From: Actinocrinis sp.
GTDB lineage: Bacteria > Actinomycetota > Actinomycetes > Streptomycetales > Catenulisporaceae
Length of the DNA stretch: 64,000 bases
Direction of reading: 5' to 3'
NCBI GenBank assembly: GCA_035763685.1
Contig: DASUAR010000218.1
Location: 240 to 64,239 of the forward strand
The position numbers and the translations under genes were made by a program. The notes beneath the pieces are model-generated. The model made no database searches. It was not told where the DNA came from and saw nothing but the letters and a program-made list of their open reading frames with translations. This document shows positions 47,970 to 58,834 of this stretch, piece by piece (within the stretch, counting starts at the first letter, position 1; each line of letters starts with the position of its first letter).

Positions 47970-48443
47970 GTGTTAGTGGACGAGATGGCTGTGTTGGAGA
48001 ACGGGACGACGGGCGGATCGGCGCACGGCGGGAAGGCGGGCGCTCGGTCGGCACACACGGGTCAAGGTCAGGCTGCGGCCAGAAGCGACTCGGCGACGGT
48101 CGCGGTACTGCCCGAGCGCAGGTCCGCGCGTAACGCGGCGCGCATTCCGCCGGTCGCTCAGCTGCGGCTGGGCTGGCAGGAGCGGGCGGCGTGCCAGGGT
48201 TCGGACGCGCGGCTGTTCTTCGGCCCGGAGAAGGAGCGCATCCGCGACCGCGAGGTGCGCGAGGGCGCCGCGAAGCGGGTGTGCGCGAGCTGCCCGGTGC
48301 TGCGGGAGTGCCGCAACCACGCGCTGCAGACACCGGAACTGTTCGGTATCTGGGGCGGGCTGAGCGAAACCGACCGGGAGATCGGATTCGGCCGGTCCTT
48401 CGGCCGGCGGATCCCGCGGCCGCGTTCGGTCGCGGCGGCCTGA
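47970..48443 (+). CDS. WhiB-family (Wbl) Fe-S transcription factor
   Basis: WQERAAC...LFF...CASCPVLREC...FGIWGGLSE; GGAGGGG RBS; start 47970 or 47976. Confidence 0.92.
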   Translation: MLVDEMAVLENGTTGGSAHGGKAGARSAHTGQGQAAARSDSATVAVLPERRSARNAARIPPVAQLRLGWQERAACQGSDARLFFGPEKERIRDREVREGAAKRVCASCPVLRECRNHALQTPELFGIWGGLSETDREIGFGRSFGRRIPRPRSVAAA

Positions 48444-48581
48444 GCGACTGCTGCTCGGGCGATTCTTCCGAAAGCGGGGATGAACGGGAGCGGGGACGAG
48501 AAGACCGGGGCGAGATTTATCCACAGTCTGAACACGGGACGGACCGCGTGAGCGGTGCGAGGTGCGCGCAGCGGGAGGCGG

Positions 48582-50333
48582 TCAGTCCGAAGCGGAGCGC
48601 ACCCACCACACCGCCGTGTCGGCCGGCAGCGTCACGCCGGCCTGACCGGCGGCGCCGACTTCGAGTTCGAACGGGCCGCTGGCGAGTATCGGCGTGCCCG
48701 GGGCGGGCAGCGCCACCGGTTCGCTCCCGGTGTTGACGGTGCAGACGAATCCGGGTTCGCGGGTGAATACCAGCGTGCCGGCCGGGGACGGGCTCCACTC
48801 CAGCGCGCCGTCGCCGAGCGCGGGGTGTTCCCGGCGCAGCCGCAGCGCCTCGCGGTAGAGCCCGAGCATCGAGTCAGGGTCCTGCCACTGTGTCTCGACG
48901 GTCAGCGCGGCCCAGTGCGCCGGGGCCGGCAGCCAGCCGTCCGCGATGCCGAGCGGGGTGAAGTTGAACGGCGGGACCGCACCGTTCCACGGCAGCGGCA
49001 CCCGGCAGCCGTCGCGCCCGGCGCTGCCGTCCGCGGACCGGAAGCGTTGCGGGTCCTGCAGCAGTTCGGCAGGTAGGTCGAAGACCTCTTCCAGACCCAA
49101 CTCCTCACCCTGATACACATACGCCGAGCCCGGCAGCGCCAGCATGAGCAGCGCCGCGGCGCGTGCCCTCCGCTGCCCGGTCTCGCCGCCGCCGTACCGG
49201 GTCACGTGCCGCTGCACGTCGTGGTTGGACAGCACCCACGTCGAGGGGGCACCGACCAGCCTGGCGGTGCCCAAGGACTGGTCGATCACGGTTCGCAGCG
49301 GCTGCGCCTCCCACGGCGTGCCGAGGTAATGGAAGTTGAACGCCTGGTGCAGCTCGTCCGGCCGCACATACGCGGCCAGTCGCTCCAGCGACGGCGCCCA
49401 CGCTTCGGCCACCGCGATCCGCTCGCCGGGATAGGTGTCGAGGATCCGCCGCCACGAGCGGTGGATCTGGTGCACCTCGTCCTGGTCGAAGTAGGGCAGG
49501 ACCGCGCTGCCCAGCATGGTGATCTGCTCGGAGTAGCCCACATCCGGCAGCCCGTGCTGCTTGATCATGCCGTGCGCGACGTCGACCCGGAACCCGTCGA
49601 CCCCGCGGTCCAGCCAGAATTCCAGGACCTGCTCGAACTGTTCGCGCACCCACGGGTTGCGCCAGTTCAGGTCGGGCTGCGCCGGATCGAACAGGTGCAG
49701 GTACCACTCGCCCGCGGTGCCGTCGCGCTCGATGATGCGCGTCCAGGCCGGCCCGCCGAACACCGATTCCCAGTCGTTCGGCGGCAGCTCGCCGTGCTCG
49801 CCCTTGCCGGGCCGGAAGATGTACCGGCCGCGGGCCGCGTCGCCCGGTTCGGCGGCCAGCGCCTCGGTGAACCACTGGTGCCGGTCCGAGGTGTGGTTCG
49901 GCACCACGTCCACGATCACGCGCAGACCGGCCGCGTGCGCCTCGGCGACCAGCGCGTCGAAGTCCCCGAGCGTCCCGAACTGCGGATCGACCGCGCAGTA
50001 GTCGGCCACGTCGTAGCCGCCGTCCGCCATGGGCGAGGGGTAGAACGGCGTGATCCACACCGCGTCGACGCCGAGGGCGCGCAGGTAGGGCAGCCGGGTG
50101 CGGATGCCCAGCAGATCGCCGATGCCGTCGCCGTTTCCGTCGGCGAAGGATCGGATGTAGACCTGGTAGATCACCGCCTCCCGCCACCAGGCCGCACGCT
50201 CGTCCGGCGGCGCGGACAGTTCGGCGCAGGGCTGCGCGGGCGATAGCCCTGCGGGCGGCGCGAGGTCGGTGAGGGCCTGCGTCGGCTGGGCCGGGACCGC
50301 GGCGAGCACGCGGTCAGGTCCGGTCAGGGTCAT
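48582..50333 (-). CDS. GH13 alpha-glucosidase
   Basis: [53 protein letters not shown]. Confidence 0.94.
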   Translation of the reverse strand: MTLTGPDRVLAAVPAQPTQALTDLAPPAGLSPAQPCAELSAPPDERAAWWREAVIYQVYIRSFADGNGDGIGDLLGIRTRLPYLRALGVDAVWITPFYPSPMADGGYDVADYCAVDPQFGTLGDFDALVAEAHAAGLRVIVDVVPNHTSDRHQWFTEALAAEPGDAARGRYIFRPGKGEHGELPPNDWESVFGGPAWTRIIERDGTAGEWYLHLFDPAQPDLNWRNPWVREQFEQVLEFWLDRGVDGFRVDVAHGMIKQHGLPDVGYSEQITMLGSAVLPYFDQDEVHQIHRSWRRILDTYPGERIAVAEAWAPSLERLAAYVRPDELHQAFNFHYLGTPWEAQPLRTVIDQSLGTARLVGAPSTWVLSNHDVQRHVTRYGGGETGQRRARAAALLMLALPGSAYVYQGEELGLEEVFDLPAELLQDPQRFRSADGSAGRDGCRVPLPWNGAVPPFNFTPLGIADGWLPAPAHWAALTVETQWQDPDSMLGLYREALRLRREHPALGDGALEWSPSPAGTLVFTREPGFVCTVNTGSEPVALPAPGTPILASGPFELEVGAAGQAGVTLPADTAVWWVRSASD

Positions 50334-50522
50334 GGTCTGTACGTCTTCCATCAAGCGTGTTACGTCCGGCCGACGATAACCCACCCTTCCGGCGTCCGGC
50401 TGCGGCGTTTCGCAGTCCGGGCGGTGAGCCCGGTCACACTCGCCGATCACGGCCGCCGGAAAAGTGATATCACTATGATAGATTCCAGACAGGGAAGTTC
50501 GGGCGACGGGAAGGGAACGACG

Positions 50523-51452
50523 ATGTCGACGGCATCAGATACGGGGACGGGTTCGGCCCCCGGCGGCCACACGGTGCGCATGCCGGAAGCGCCGGTCAGC
50601 GAGCGGGAAGCGCGCTCGGTCACCGGCTGGGGGCCGCTGGTGGCCAGCCTGGCGGCGATCGCGCTCGGCGTGTCGCTGCAAGCCGCGATCGGCAAGCCGT
50701 GGTCGGCGATCGTCGGCGTGGTGCTCTACGTCCTCGCGGTCATCAATCTCTTCGGGCTCACCGGCGTGTTCCCCGGCCAGGCGCGAGTGGTCTCGCTCTT
50801 CGGCCGGTACACCGGCACGGTGCGCGCCACCGGATTGCGCTGGGTGAACCCGTTCACGGCTCGCCGCAAGGTTTCGACGCGGGTGCGTAACCACGAGACC
50901 GCGACGCTCAAGGTCAACGACGCGGACGGCAATCCGATCGAGATGGCCGCCGTGGTGGTCTGGCAGGTGCACGACACGGCCAAGGCGGTGTACTCGGTAG
51001 ACGACTTCGCCGCCTTCGTCGCGATCCAGACCGAGACCGCAGTGCGGCACATCGCCACCGGCTACCCGTATGACGCCCGCGAGGAAGGGCGGCTCTCGCT
51101 GCGCGAGCACGCGGACGAGATCACGGCCCGGCTGAGCGCGGAGATCTCCGAGCGGGTGACGCTCGCGGGCATCGCAGTGATCGAATCACGGATCACCCGG
51201 CTGGCCTACGCCCCTGAGATCGCGCAGGTGATGCTGCGCCGCCAGCAGGCCGACGCGGTGGTCGCGGCCCGGCAGCGGCTGGTGCAGGGCGCGGTCGGGA
51301 TGGTGCGCGACGCGCTGCAGAGCATGAGCGAGCAGGACATCGTCGAGCTCGACGAGGAACGCAAGGCCACCATGGTCAGCAACCTGCTGGTCGTGTTGTG
51401 CAGCGAGCACGCGACTCAGCCGGTCGTGAACACCGGCACGCTCTACCAGTGA
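50523..51452 (+). CDS. SPFH/band-7 domain membrane protein
   Basis: Two TM segments; [38 protein letters not shown]. Confidence 0.92.
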   Translation: MSTASDTGTGSAPGGHTVRMPEAPVSEREARSVTGWGPLVASLAAIALGVSLQAAIGKPWSAIVGVVLYVLAVINLFGLTGVFPGQARVVSLFGRYTGTVRATGLRWVNPFTARRKVSTRVRNHETATLKVNDADGNPIEMAAVVVWQVHDTAKAVYSVDDFAAFVAIQTETAVRHIATGYPYDAREEGRLSLREHADEITARLSAEISERVTLAGIAVIESRITRLAYAPEIAQVMLRRQQADAVVAARQRLVQGAVGMVRDALQSMSEQDIVELDEERKATMVSNLLVVLCSEHATQPVVNTGTLYQ

Positions 51453-51461
51453 GCCGCGATC

Positions 51462-51728
51462 TTGAGTGAGCGCAAGCAGATCCTGCTGCGGCTCGACCCG
51501 TTCGTGCACGACGCGATCGTGCGCTGGGCCGCGGATGAGCTACGCAGCACGACTGCGCAGATCGAGTTCCTGCTGCGGCAGAGCCTGAACAACGCGGGAC
51601 GGATGCCGAAGGACGTAGGCGGCTTACCGCGTCGTGGCCGCCCGCGTAAGCAGGCTGATACGACAGAGGATACGAGGACGCAGGGGGGTGGGAGCGATGG
51701 CAGCGGGAATGACGATCACGAGCCCTGA
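51462..51728 (+). CDS. Arc/ribbon-helix-helix DNA-binding protein
   Basis: RKQILLRLDP...WAADELRSTTAQIEFLL; RRGRP tail; usual SPFH neighbour. Confidence 0.82.
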   Translation: MSERKQILLRLDPFVHDAIVRWAADELRSTTAQIEFLLRQSLNNAGRMPKDVGGLPRRGRPRKQADTTEDTRTQGGGSDGSGNDDHEP

Positions 51729-52653
51729 GACGGTCATCGAGGTCGATGGGCTGCGCAAGGTTTACGGCGCGACCGTCGCCGTGGACGAGGTCTCCTTCGC
51801 CGTGCGGCGCGGCGAGATCTTCGGTTTGATCGGGCCGAACGGCGCGGGCAAGACCACCACCGTCGAGTGCGTCGCCGGCCTGCGCACTCCCGACGCCGGC
51901 AAGCTGCGCGTGCTCGGCCTCGACCCGCACGGCGACCACAGCCACCGGCTGCGGGACCGGGTCGGCGTGCAGTTGCAGCAAAGCGCGGTCGCCGCGCGGC
52001 TGAAGGTGAGCGAGGTGCTTTGGCTCTACGCGTCCTTCTACGAGAACCCGGCCGACTCTGACGCGCTGCTGCGCACCCTCGGCCTGATCGAGAAGCGCGA
52101 AACCCCGTACCGGAAGCTGTCCGGCGGACAGAAGCAGCGGCTTTCCATCGCCCTCGCGTTGATCGGCAATCCGCAGATCGCAGTGCTCGACGAGCTGACC
52201 ACCGGCCTCGATCCGCAAGCGCGCCGGGAGACCTGGTCGCTGGTCGAGGCGGTACGCGACCGAGGCGTGACCGTGCTTCTGGTCACGCACTACATGGACG
52301 AGGCCGAGCGGTTGTGCGACCGGCTGGCGCTGATCGACGCCGGAAGGGTCGTCGCGCACGGCACGCCGGCCCAGGTCGCCGAGCGGGCCGGCGGCGGCAA
52401 GCGTGTGCGCTTCCGGCCGTCAGCGCCCTTCGATGACGCGTTGCTGACGGCACTGCCCCAAGTCGGCGCGGTCACCCGGCACGGCGGCCGGGTCTCGGTG
52501 ACCGGCCGCGAGGACCTGGTCAACGCCGTGATCCTGACGCTCGATCGGGCCGGGGTCACCGCGCACGACGTGGAGCTTGAGACGCCAGGGCTCGAAGACG
52601 CGTTCATCGCGCTCACCCGGCACGCGGATTCGCACATTGAGACAGGGGGCTGA
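51697..52653 (+). CDS. ABC exporter ATP-binding protein
   Basis: GPNGAGKT, LSGGQ, LDE, VTHYM. Confidence 0.94.
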   Translation: MAAGMTITSPETVIEVDGLRKVYGATVAVDEVSFAVRRGEIFGLIGPNGAGKTTTVECVAGLRTPDAGKLRVLGLDPHGDHSHRLRDRVGVQLQQSAVAARLKVSEVLWLYASFYENPADSDALLRTLGLIEKRETPYRKLSGGQKQRLSIALALIGNPQIAVLDELTTGLDPQARRETWSLVEAVRDRGVTVLLVTHYMDEAERLCDRLALIDAGRVVAHGTPAQVAERAGGGKRVRFRPSAPFDDALLTALPQVGAVTRHGGRVSVTGREDLVNAVILTLDRAGVTAHDVELETPGLEDAFIALTRHADSHIETGG

Positions 52654-52658
52654 TCGAA

Positions 52659-53477
52659 ATGCGGACTTCTTTGCACGAGCGCCTGCCCGTCGACCGGATC
52701 GCCGAACGTCGCGAGGCGCTGGGCGAAGCGGTGCCGCGTCGGGCGCTGCGGCGGCTGATCGTCACGGAGGCGCGTCTGGCCGTGCGCGAGCCGGCCGGCC
52801 TGGTGTGGGGCATCGGCCTGCCGGTGCTGCTGATGGTGATCTTCGGGAACATCCCGAAGTTCAACGTGCCCACCGCCAATTTCGGCGGCCAGACCCCGCT
52901 GGACGTCTATCTGCCGATCCTGTGCTCCATGGTGCTGGCCATGCTCGCGCTGTTCTCGATTCCCGGCCCGCTGGCCACCTACCGCGAACAGGGCGTGCTG
53001 CGGCGCATGGCGACGACGCCGGTTTCCCCGGCCGCCGTGCTCGCGGCGCAGCTGGTGGTGAATCTGGCGCTGGCGGTGGTGGCGGTCGGCCTGATCCTCG
53101 GGATCGGCACGATCGCCTACGGGCTGAACGCGCCGGGGCAGCCGTTCGGCTTCGCCCTCGCGTTGGTGCTGACCGCGGTGGCGCTGTTCAGCCTGGGGCT
53201 CTGGGTGGCCGCGATCGCGCGGACCGGCAAGGCGGCTCAGGCCATCGCCGGCGCCTGCTTCTTCCCGCTCGAGTTCCTGGCCGGGCTTTGGGTGCCGCGC
53301 CAGGTGATGCCCAGCGGGTTGCGGCACGTGAGCGACTACACTCCCCTGGGCGCCGCGGTCCAGGCCATGCAGGACAGCATGAACGGCACCTTCCCGTCCG
53401 CTCGCGAACTGCTGGTGCTGGTGGCATACGCGGTGGCGTTCGGCTACGGGGCAGTGAGGATGTTCAGTTGGGAATGA
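52659..53477 (+). CDS. ABC-2 type permease
   Basis: Six TM segments; YREQGVLRR; ends FSWE. Confidence 0.92.
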   Translation: MRTSLHERLPVDRIAERREALGEAVPRRALRRLIVTEARLAVREPAGLVWGIGLPVLLMVIFGNIPKFNVPTANFGGQTPLDVYLPILCSMVLAMLALFSIPGPLATYREQGVLRRMATTPVSPAAVLAAQLVVNLALAVVAVGLILGIGTIAYGLNAPGQPFGFALALVLTAVALFSLGLWVAAIARTGKAAQAIAGACFFPLEFLAGLWVPRQVMPSGLRHVSDYTPLGAAVQAMQDSMNGTFPSARELLVLVAYAVAFGYGAVRMFSWE

Positions 53478-54427
53478 CGCACGCAGCGGACCCGCACTTC
53501 GAGCAGGGCATGCTCGACGTCGGCGACGGCAACCTCGTGTACTGGGAATCGTGGGGCGACCCGGCGGCCAAGCCGGTGCTGATCGTGCACGGCGGTCCCG
53601 GCTCCGGATCCAGCCGCGCGCGCCCGCGCGTCGTCGACCCGGACCGTTTCCGGGTCGTGCGATTCGACCAGCGCGGCTGCGGCCGCAGCACCCCGCACGC
53701 CAGCGATCCGGCCACGGATCTGAGCGTCAACACCACCGAGCATCTGCTGCGCGACATGGAAAGGCTGCGCGAACACCTCGGTATCGAACGCTGGCTGCTG
53801 CACGGCGGTTCCTGGGGCTCGACCCTGGTCCTCGCTTACGCCGAGCGGCATCCCGAGCGGGTATCAGAGATCGTCATTCCCGCGGTCACCACCACGCGCC
53901 GCTGCGAGATCGACTGGCTTTACCGGGGCGTCAGCCGGTACTTCCCCGACGCCTGGGAGCGGTTCCGTGACGGGGTGCCGGAATCCGACCGGGACGGTGA
54001 CCTGCTCGCCGCGTATGGCCGGCTGATGGAGAACCCTGACCCCGACGTGCGCGCTAAGGCCGCCGCCGACTGGCTCGCCTGGGAGGACGCCGTGATCTCG
54101 ATGGAGGTCAACGGCAATCCCGGCGCGTTTGGTGCGCGTCCTGACGAGGCGAAGCTCGCGTTCGTCCGGATCTGCGCGCACTACTTCTCCAACGGCGCCT
54201 GGCTGGAGGAGGGCGAACTGCTGCGCAACGCCCACCGGCTCAAGGGCATCCCGGGCGTGCTCGTTCACGGCCGGCTGGACATGGGCGGGCCGCCCGTGAC
54301 CGCATGGGAGCTGGCGAAGGCTTGGCCTGACGCGGAGCTGATCATCATCGACGACTCCGGGCACACCGGCAGCGACGCGTTTCGTGAAGCCCTGATACGG
54401 GCGTTCGACCGCTTCGCAGAGAGCTGA
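53474..54427 (+). CDS. pip: Prolyl aminopeptidase (S33)
   Basis: ATGA overlap with the permease; HGGPG, DQRGCGRS, GGSWG, GRLD, SGH. Confidence 0.93.
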   Translation: MTHAADPHFEQGMLDVGDGNLVYWESWGDPAAKPVLIVHGGPGSGSSRARPRVVDPDRFRVVRFDQRGCGRSTPHASDPATDLSVNTTEHLLRDMERLREHLGIERWLLHGGSWGSTLVLAYAERHPERVSEIVIPAVTTTRRCEIDWLYRGVSRYFPDAWERFRDGVPESDRDGDLLAAYGRLMENPDPDVRAKAAADWLAWEDAVISMEVNGNPGAFGARPDEAKLAFVRICAHYFSNGAWLEEGELLRNAHRLKGIPGVLVHGRLDMGGPPVTAWELAKAWPDAELIIIDDSGHTGSDAFREALIRAFDRFAES

Positions 54428-54456
54428 GCTCGACGCCCGTGCTGGCCGTGCGGCGA

Positions 54457-55467
54457 CTACCGCAACGCCGCGCGGCCCGCCTGGCGCAGGAGCAGCTCCG
54501 AGAGATCAGAGGCCTGACCCGGCGCGCCGGTGGCCGGATCGAACACCGCCGGCTCGCCCTCGGGGATCCAGGGCAGCCGAGCCGCCGTCGCCACCGCGCG
54601 GGCCAGTTCGACGAGCTGCGGTCGATCCAGGGTGGCCGCGTCGAGCGGCGGGCAGCCGCCTTGATCCGCGAGCGCCCGGTCGTGTCCGAGATCGACCAGC
54701 GCACCGACCCGCGGCGCGATCAGCTCGTGCCAGCCCTCTGCGATCGAGCCGCCGCCCCGCTTGCGGGCGCCGCGGCGATCCGTGACCGCGACGATGATCC
54801 GATCAACCGGCAGCCGCACCTCGGCCATGCAGGTCAGCGCGTCGATGGTGCGCCGCAGCGATGCTTCGCCGCTGTCGGTCACCCAGACGGCGGCCGTGTT
54901 GAGGAAGGGCGTGGCGAACCAGGACCCGATCACGCACATCGGGCCACCGACCGCCTGCGCCGCTAGACGCGCCCCTTCCAGGGCGTCCCCGTCGACGACC
55001 GCGGCACGCAGCGCGGGCAGCACCGGCAGCCACCAGCGCGGACCCGGATCGCCGCCAAGGTAGGAGGCTGACGCGGGCCCGGTGTCGGTGAGGACCCACA
55101 ACGGGCTGGGCGCGGCGACGGCCAGGTGGGAGAGCGATGCGTCAGTGAGCTGAGAGAGTCCGGCTTCCGCGCCGCCGGCCGTGCCCCGGAAGCCGGCGAG
55201 CGTGCCAGTGCCCGAAGACGCTTGCGTCGTCACCCAAGCGGGCCAGGGCGTGTTGCCCCGCGCCGCGCAGTCCAAGACGGCGGTACCGCGCCTGTCTCCG
55301 GGTGCTGCGACCGTGTGCCGGTGCAGTGTCGCCGCGAGCAGTGCGGTGACCGTCGTACGCCCCACTCCCCCGCAGCCGGAGAGCACAGGGACGACGAGCC
55401 GCCGGTCCGGAGCCAGCACGAGCGCGCCGCCTGCCGGCGCATCCGCCGCGGCACCAGGGTTAGGCAC
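54457..55467 (-). CDS. MinD/ParA-like P-loop protein
   Basis: Deviant Walker A GCGGVGRTT, AVLD; start overlaps the end of the LysM-BTAD gene. Confidence 0.65.
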   Translation of the reverse strand: MPNPGAAADAPAGGALVLAPDRRLVVPVLSGCGGVGRTTVTALLAATLHRHTVAAPGDRRGTAVLDCAARGNTPWPAWVTTQASSGTGTLAGFRGTAGGAEAGLSQLTDASLSHLAVAAPSPLWVLTDTGPASASYLGGDPGPRWWLPVLPALRAAVVDGDALEGARLAAQAVGGPMCVIGSWFATPFLNTAAVWVTDSGEASLRRTIDALTCMAEVRLPVDRIIVAVTDRRGARKRGGGSIAEGWHELIAPRVGALVDLGHDRALADQGGCPPLDAATLDRPQLVELARAVATAARLPWIPEGEPAVFDPATGAPGQASDLSELLLRQAGRAALR

Positions 55468-58400
55468 GCAGTCCCTCCAGCCCTTCCAGGAGCTCGGACA
55501 CGATCGCGTTCGTGCTCGGATGCAGTTCGGTCTCGCCGTAGCGGTACCAGGCACGCACCTTCAAGTCGGCGATCACGGTGTGCAGCCGCTCCTGGTCGCC
55601 CTGCGCCGCGATGCCGCGGATCTTGATCTGCACCAGCCGCTCGTCGTCCGGCGCGCCGAGCAGGCCCTGCTCGGCGGCCCACTGCGCCCCGAGCGCGTCG
55701 CCGCGGGCCAGCCTCCGGGTGGCCAGCCGGTGCGCCGCGTCGGCGATGACCGCGGGCACCTCAGTCTCCTGCGTTCCGAAGCCGAGCCAGGAGTACCTTC
55801 CCGGCGGCCGGTCGGCCAGCAGTTCGCCGCGCACCAGGTACAGGGCGCGGGCCAGTGCCTCGTCGGCCTCCGGCAGGTCGCCGAGCCGGCTCGCCTCGGC
55901 ATATGCGGCCTGGAACTCGTCCCAGTCCGAGCGTACGTCCTCGGTCAGCCGCACCAGGCCGTCCGCCGCGACCGTGAGCCGCGGTCCGAGCCGGTTCTCG
56001 CCGAGCCAGTCGCGCATGTCGCGCAGCATCCGGTCGCGGGCGGCCGGGGTGATGCCGCGAGGCCACAGCGCGCGGGCGAAGACCGGCGCGGGCAGCCCGG
56101 CCCGGTGGAAGAGCAGCAGCACCAGCGCCTCGGTGAACAGCGGTCCGCGCGCCGCGTCGGCGGGGCCGACCCCGGTCAGCTCGACCGAACCGAGGATGCG
56201 CGCGCGCACGCCGGCCGGCCGGTCCAGCAATTCCAAGCCGCCGGCCATCGGGGCGTCGGCGGGGCGGTAGGCGGGTGCGTAGCGCGGTGCGGCGGCGGCG
56301 CGGAACAGCGCGCCGAGTGCGGCGGCGAGCGCGTCCGGCAGCCGGGCGGCCGTCACGTCGCCGGGAACGCCCGGTATCCGCATCCTGCCGACCGGGTCGA
56401 CGCTGAAGACGGTGAAGTCCGGCCAGGGGTGGTCGGTGCCGACCAGAGCGATGGTGCTGCCGTCCACGCCCGCGGTCAGCACGCGCAGGCGCGCGGTGTC
56501 CTCTGGCCCGACGCGTTCGGCGATCAGCAGCCGCACGAGGTGCGGGCTGGTCGCCGCGGCCTGTTCTTCGAGCGCCGCGAGGGCGGAGGGAAGATCGGGG
56601 TGAACGCGCAGCCGCTCGGGCGCGAGCAGGGCCAGTTCGGCGGGCAGCCCGACCGTTTCGATCCGGATCTGGTCCGCCCACGGCGCGCAGGCCAGGGTCG
56701 CGGCCGCCGCGGCCAGCACCGCGCGGCGCTGCCTGGGTGGGCCGGTGACCGCGGTGCACCGCCCGGCCGAGGTCTCCAGGTCGACGAATATCTGCTCGTC
56801 CTCGAGCGCGCCGACCGCGAGCAGGAGCGGGTACGGCATCGCGGGCCGCTGAGCGGTGTCGGGTTCGCGCGTGCACGATTCCGTGCTCTCCGCTGTTTGA
56901 GGATCCCGCGGGTAACGCCATTGCCTGCCGTCGGCCAGAGCGACCCACGGCGGCGGGGCCGGAGCGTCCGGATCGCAGAGCACGAGGTGTAGGGCAGCCA
57001 TGTCGGCGTGGACATAGCGCAGCGATGGCGGGATCCGGCCTGCCACCTCGCAGCCGCCGCGCAGTTCCCGCAGGGCCTGGTCGACCACGTCGATGGTGTC
57101 GCACGCGGCGGCGGCGCGAATCGTGCGCTCCACCTCGGCCACCGCCGGATCCGGCGGCGCGACGATGGACGCGCCGGGGTGGTCACGGCGGCGCCGGCGG
57201 GCGGCCGCGGTCAGCCCGGTCAGCAGCGCGGCGGCGAGGATCGGCGAGCCGATCAGCGCGACGTAGGGCAGCACGTCGGAGATTGAGTGCAGTACGGAAC
57301 TCTCGCCGGAGTGCGGTCCTGACGGTTCCTCATGCGACACGGCGGGACGCGAGGCGACCGGGTGCGGGATGAGATTCACCGGCGAGGGTTCGGCGCCCAC
57401 CGAGCCGAACGATGCGCCGACGCCGGCGGCGTTGCCCTTGTTCGCCGCGCTGCTGCTCTGCATCCCCGGCATCGCATAAGTCTTCGGCGCGATGCCGTCG
57501 GCAGCCGCGTTCTGAGCCGCGCTCGACGGCGAAGGCTTCACGGATTGCGGCGACGGGGCCGGCGGCACGGCAGTGCTCTGACCGGCTGCACTGGACGCCG
57601 CGGCGAGCGGCGGCAACTGGTCGCTCAGTCCCGGGCCGTCGGCGTCGGCAGGCAGTACCAGGACCCAGCCGGGTCGGATCAGACTGGCGTGTTGCAGCTT
57701 CGTGCCGTCCGGCTGAAGCCGGCCCTCGTTCAGCGCGAAGACCTCGCGGTAGCGGCGGCCGTCGCCCAGGTACCGCTGGGCGATGTCCCAGAGCGAGTCA
57801 TGGTGTCGCCCGCCCGGCGGCTCCACTACGTAGTACTTGAGCGCCGTCACGCTGGCCGCCTCCGCGGACGACGCCGTACTAAACGACGCAGCGTTAGCTG
57901 ACGCCGCATTAGCTGGCGCGATATTAGCGGTATTGGACGACGTGACGTTAGACGAAGCCGCCCTAACCGATGCCGCGTTAGACAACAACGGTTTGGACGG
58001 CGCGGCTTTGTTGGGCGCGGTATCAGTGAGTATCGCGGTGTTGTCGCCGAAGGCGCCATCGTCTGCGTATGTCGCGCCGCTGGCCGGCCCCGCGGACGTA
58101 CTACGCGCGTAGTCGGCTGCTGGCCTCGGCGCTGCCGGCTGTGTCGCCTGCGGTGGCACGTGCGTACGCACGCCGAGGTCGACGCCTCCAGGCGCGGCCC
58201 CGATAGCCACCGGACGCGCGGAAGCGGCGGTCGCCGTCACCCCGGCCACCGACGCGCTCAGGGCTATCGCGACCAGCACGCGGGCCGCGCCTCTGGTGAT
58301 CGTGGCGCCTGGAAGGTGGATCGCCGTCTCGGTGCCGGTCAGCGCGGACCAGATCTCGACGATTACAGAGGCGGTGAACTCCGCCCATAGCAACCACACA

Positions 58401-58606
58401 CCGAGGTACGCGCATCGCAGCAGTGCGTGGAAGGTCCACGGATCGTGCGGCAGCCCATGCTGCAAGCGCACGCCGGTCAGCGGCCAACCGATCAGGTAGG
58501 CCAGCCCCAGCGGAGCACCGAGGACAAGACAGGCGAGTAGCAGCCAAGCCGCGAACGCGACGACGGCAGAGCGTTCGGACCGTCCCGATCGGTCCGGCAC
58601 ACGCAT
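55460..58606 (-). CDS. Membrane protein with LysM and C-terminal BTAD-like domains
   Basis: GGGGAGAAG RBS; N-terminal TM segments; LysM DSLWDIAQRYLGDGRRYREVFALN...IRPGWVLVLP; internal TM; RILGSVEL, SDWDEF, ALYLVRG. Confidence 0.88.
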   Translation of the reverse strand: MRVPDRSGRSERSAVVAFAAWLLLACLVLGAPLGLAYLIGWPLTGVRLQHGLPHDPWTFHALLRCAYLGVWLLWAEFTASVIVEIWSALTGTETAIHLPGATITRGAARVLVAIALSASVAGVTATAASARPVAIGAAPGGVDLGVRTHVPPQATQPAAPRPAADYARSTSAGPASGATYADDGAFGDNTAILTDTAPNKAAPSKPLLSNAASVRAASSNVTSSNTANIAPANAASANAASFSTASSAEAASVTALKYYVVEPPGGRHHDSLWDIAQRYLGDGRRYREVFALNEGRLQPDGTKLQHASLIRPGWVLVLPADADGPGLSDQLPPLAAASSAAGQSTAVPPAPSPQSVKPSPSSAAQNAAADGIAPKTYAMPGMQSSSAANKGNAAGVGASFGSVGAEPSPVNLIPHPVASRPAVSHEEPSGPHSGESSVLHSISDVLPYVALIGSPILAAALLTGLTAAARRRRRDHPGASIVAPPDPAVAEVERTIRAAAACDTIDVVDQALRELRGGCEVAGRIPPSLRYVHADMAALHLVLCDPDAPAPPPWVALADGRQWRYPRDPQTAESTESCTREPDTAQRPAMPYPLLLAVGALEDEQIFVDLETSAGRCTAVTGPPRQRRAVLAAAAATLACAPWADQIRIETVGLPAELALLAPERLRVHPDLPSALAALEEQAAATSPHLVRLLIAERVGPEDTARLRVLTAGVDGSTIALVGTDHPWPDFTVFSVDPVGRMRIPGVPGDVTAARLPDALAAALGALFRAAAAPRYAPAYRPADAPMAGGLELLDRPAGVRARILGSVELTGVGPADAARGPLFTEALVLLLFHRAGLPAPVFARALWPRGITPAARDRMLRDMRDWLGENRLGPRLTVAADGLVRLTEDVRSDWDEFQAAYAEASRLGDLPEADEALARALYLVRGELLADRPPGRYSWLGFGTQETEVPAVIADAAHRLATRRLARGDALGAQWAAEQGLLGAPDDERLVQIKIRGIAAQGDQERLHTVIADLKVRAWYRYGETELHPSTNAIVSELLEGLEGLRA
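57860..57990. repeat. Degenerate 15-bp periodic, lower-GC repeat in the LysM protein linker
   Basis: Encodes SNAAS-VRAAS-SNVTS-SNTAN-IAP-ANAAS-ANAAS-FSTAS. Confidence 0.6.
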
Positions 58607-58834
58607 CTTCCTCCCCCTGCAATACAGGGGCGCCAGTGGCGACGGGGTCGCCCCGCGCCGCGTGCTCCCCCTTTGAACACGGCCTTTCCAATACCTCTGA
58701 CGATGAATCTATCGGCATCGCAGAGCACCGATCCGCAAAGTACCAGCGCTACGCTGGGCAGACAAGACGTCAGCCGAGCGTGACGCGCGGCAGGTCGCCT
58801 GCGCCATGCTCTACAGCTGTGCGACACTGCGCAC

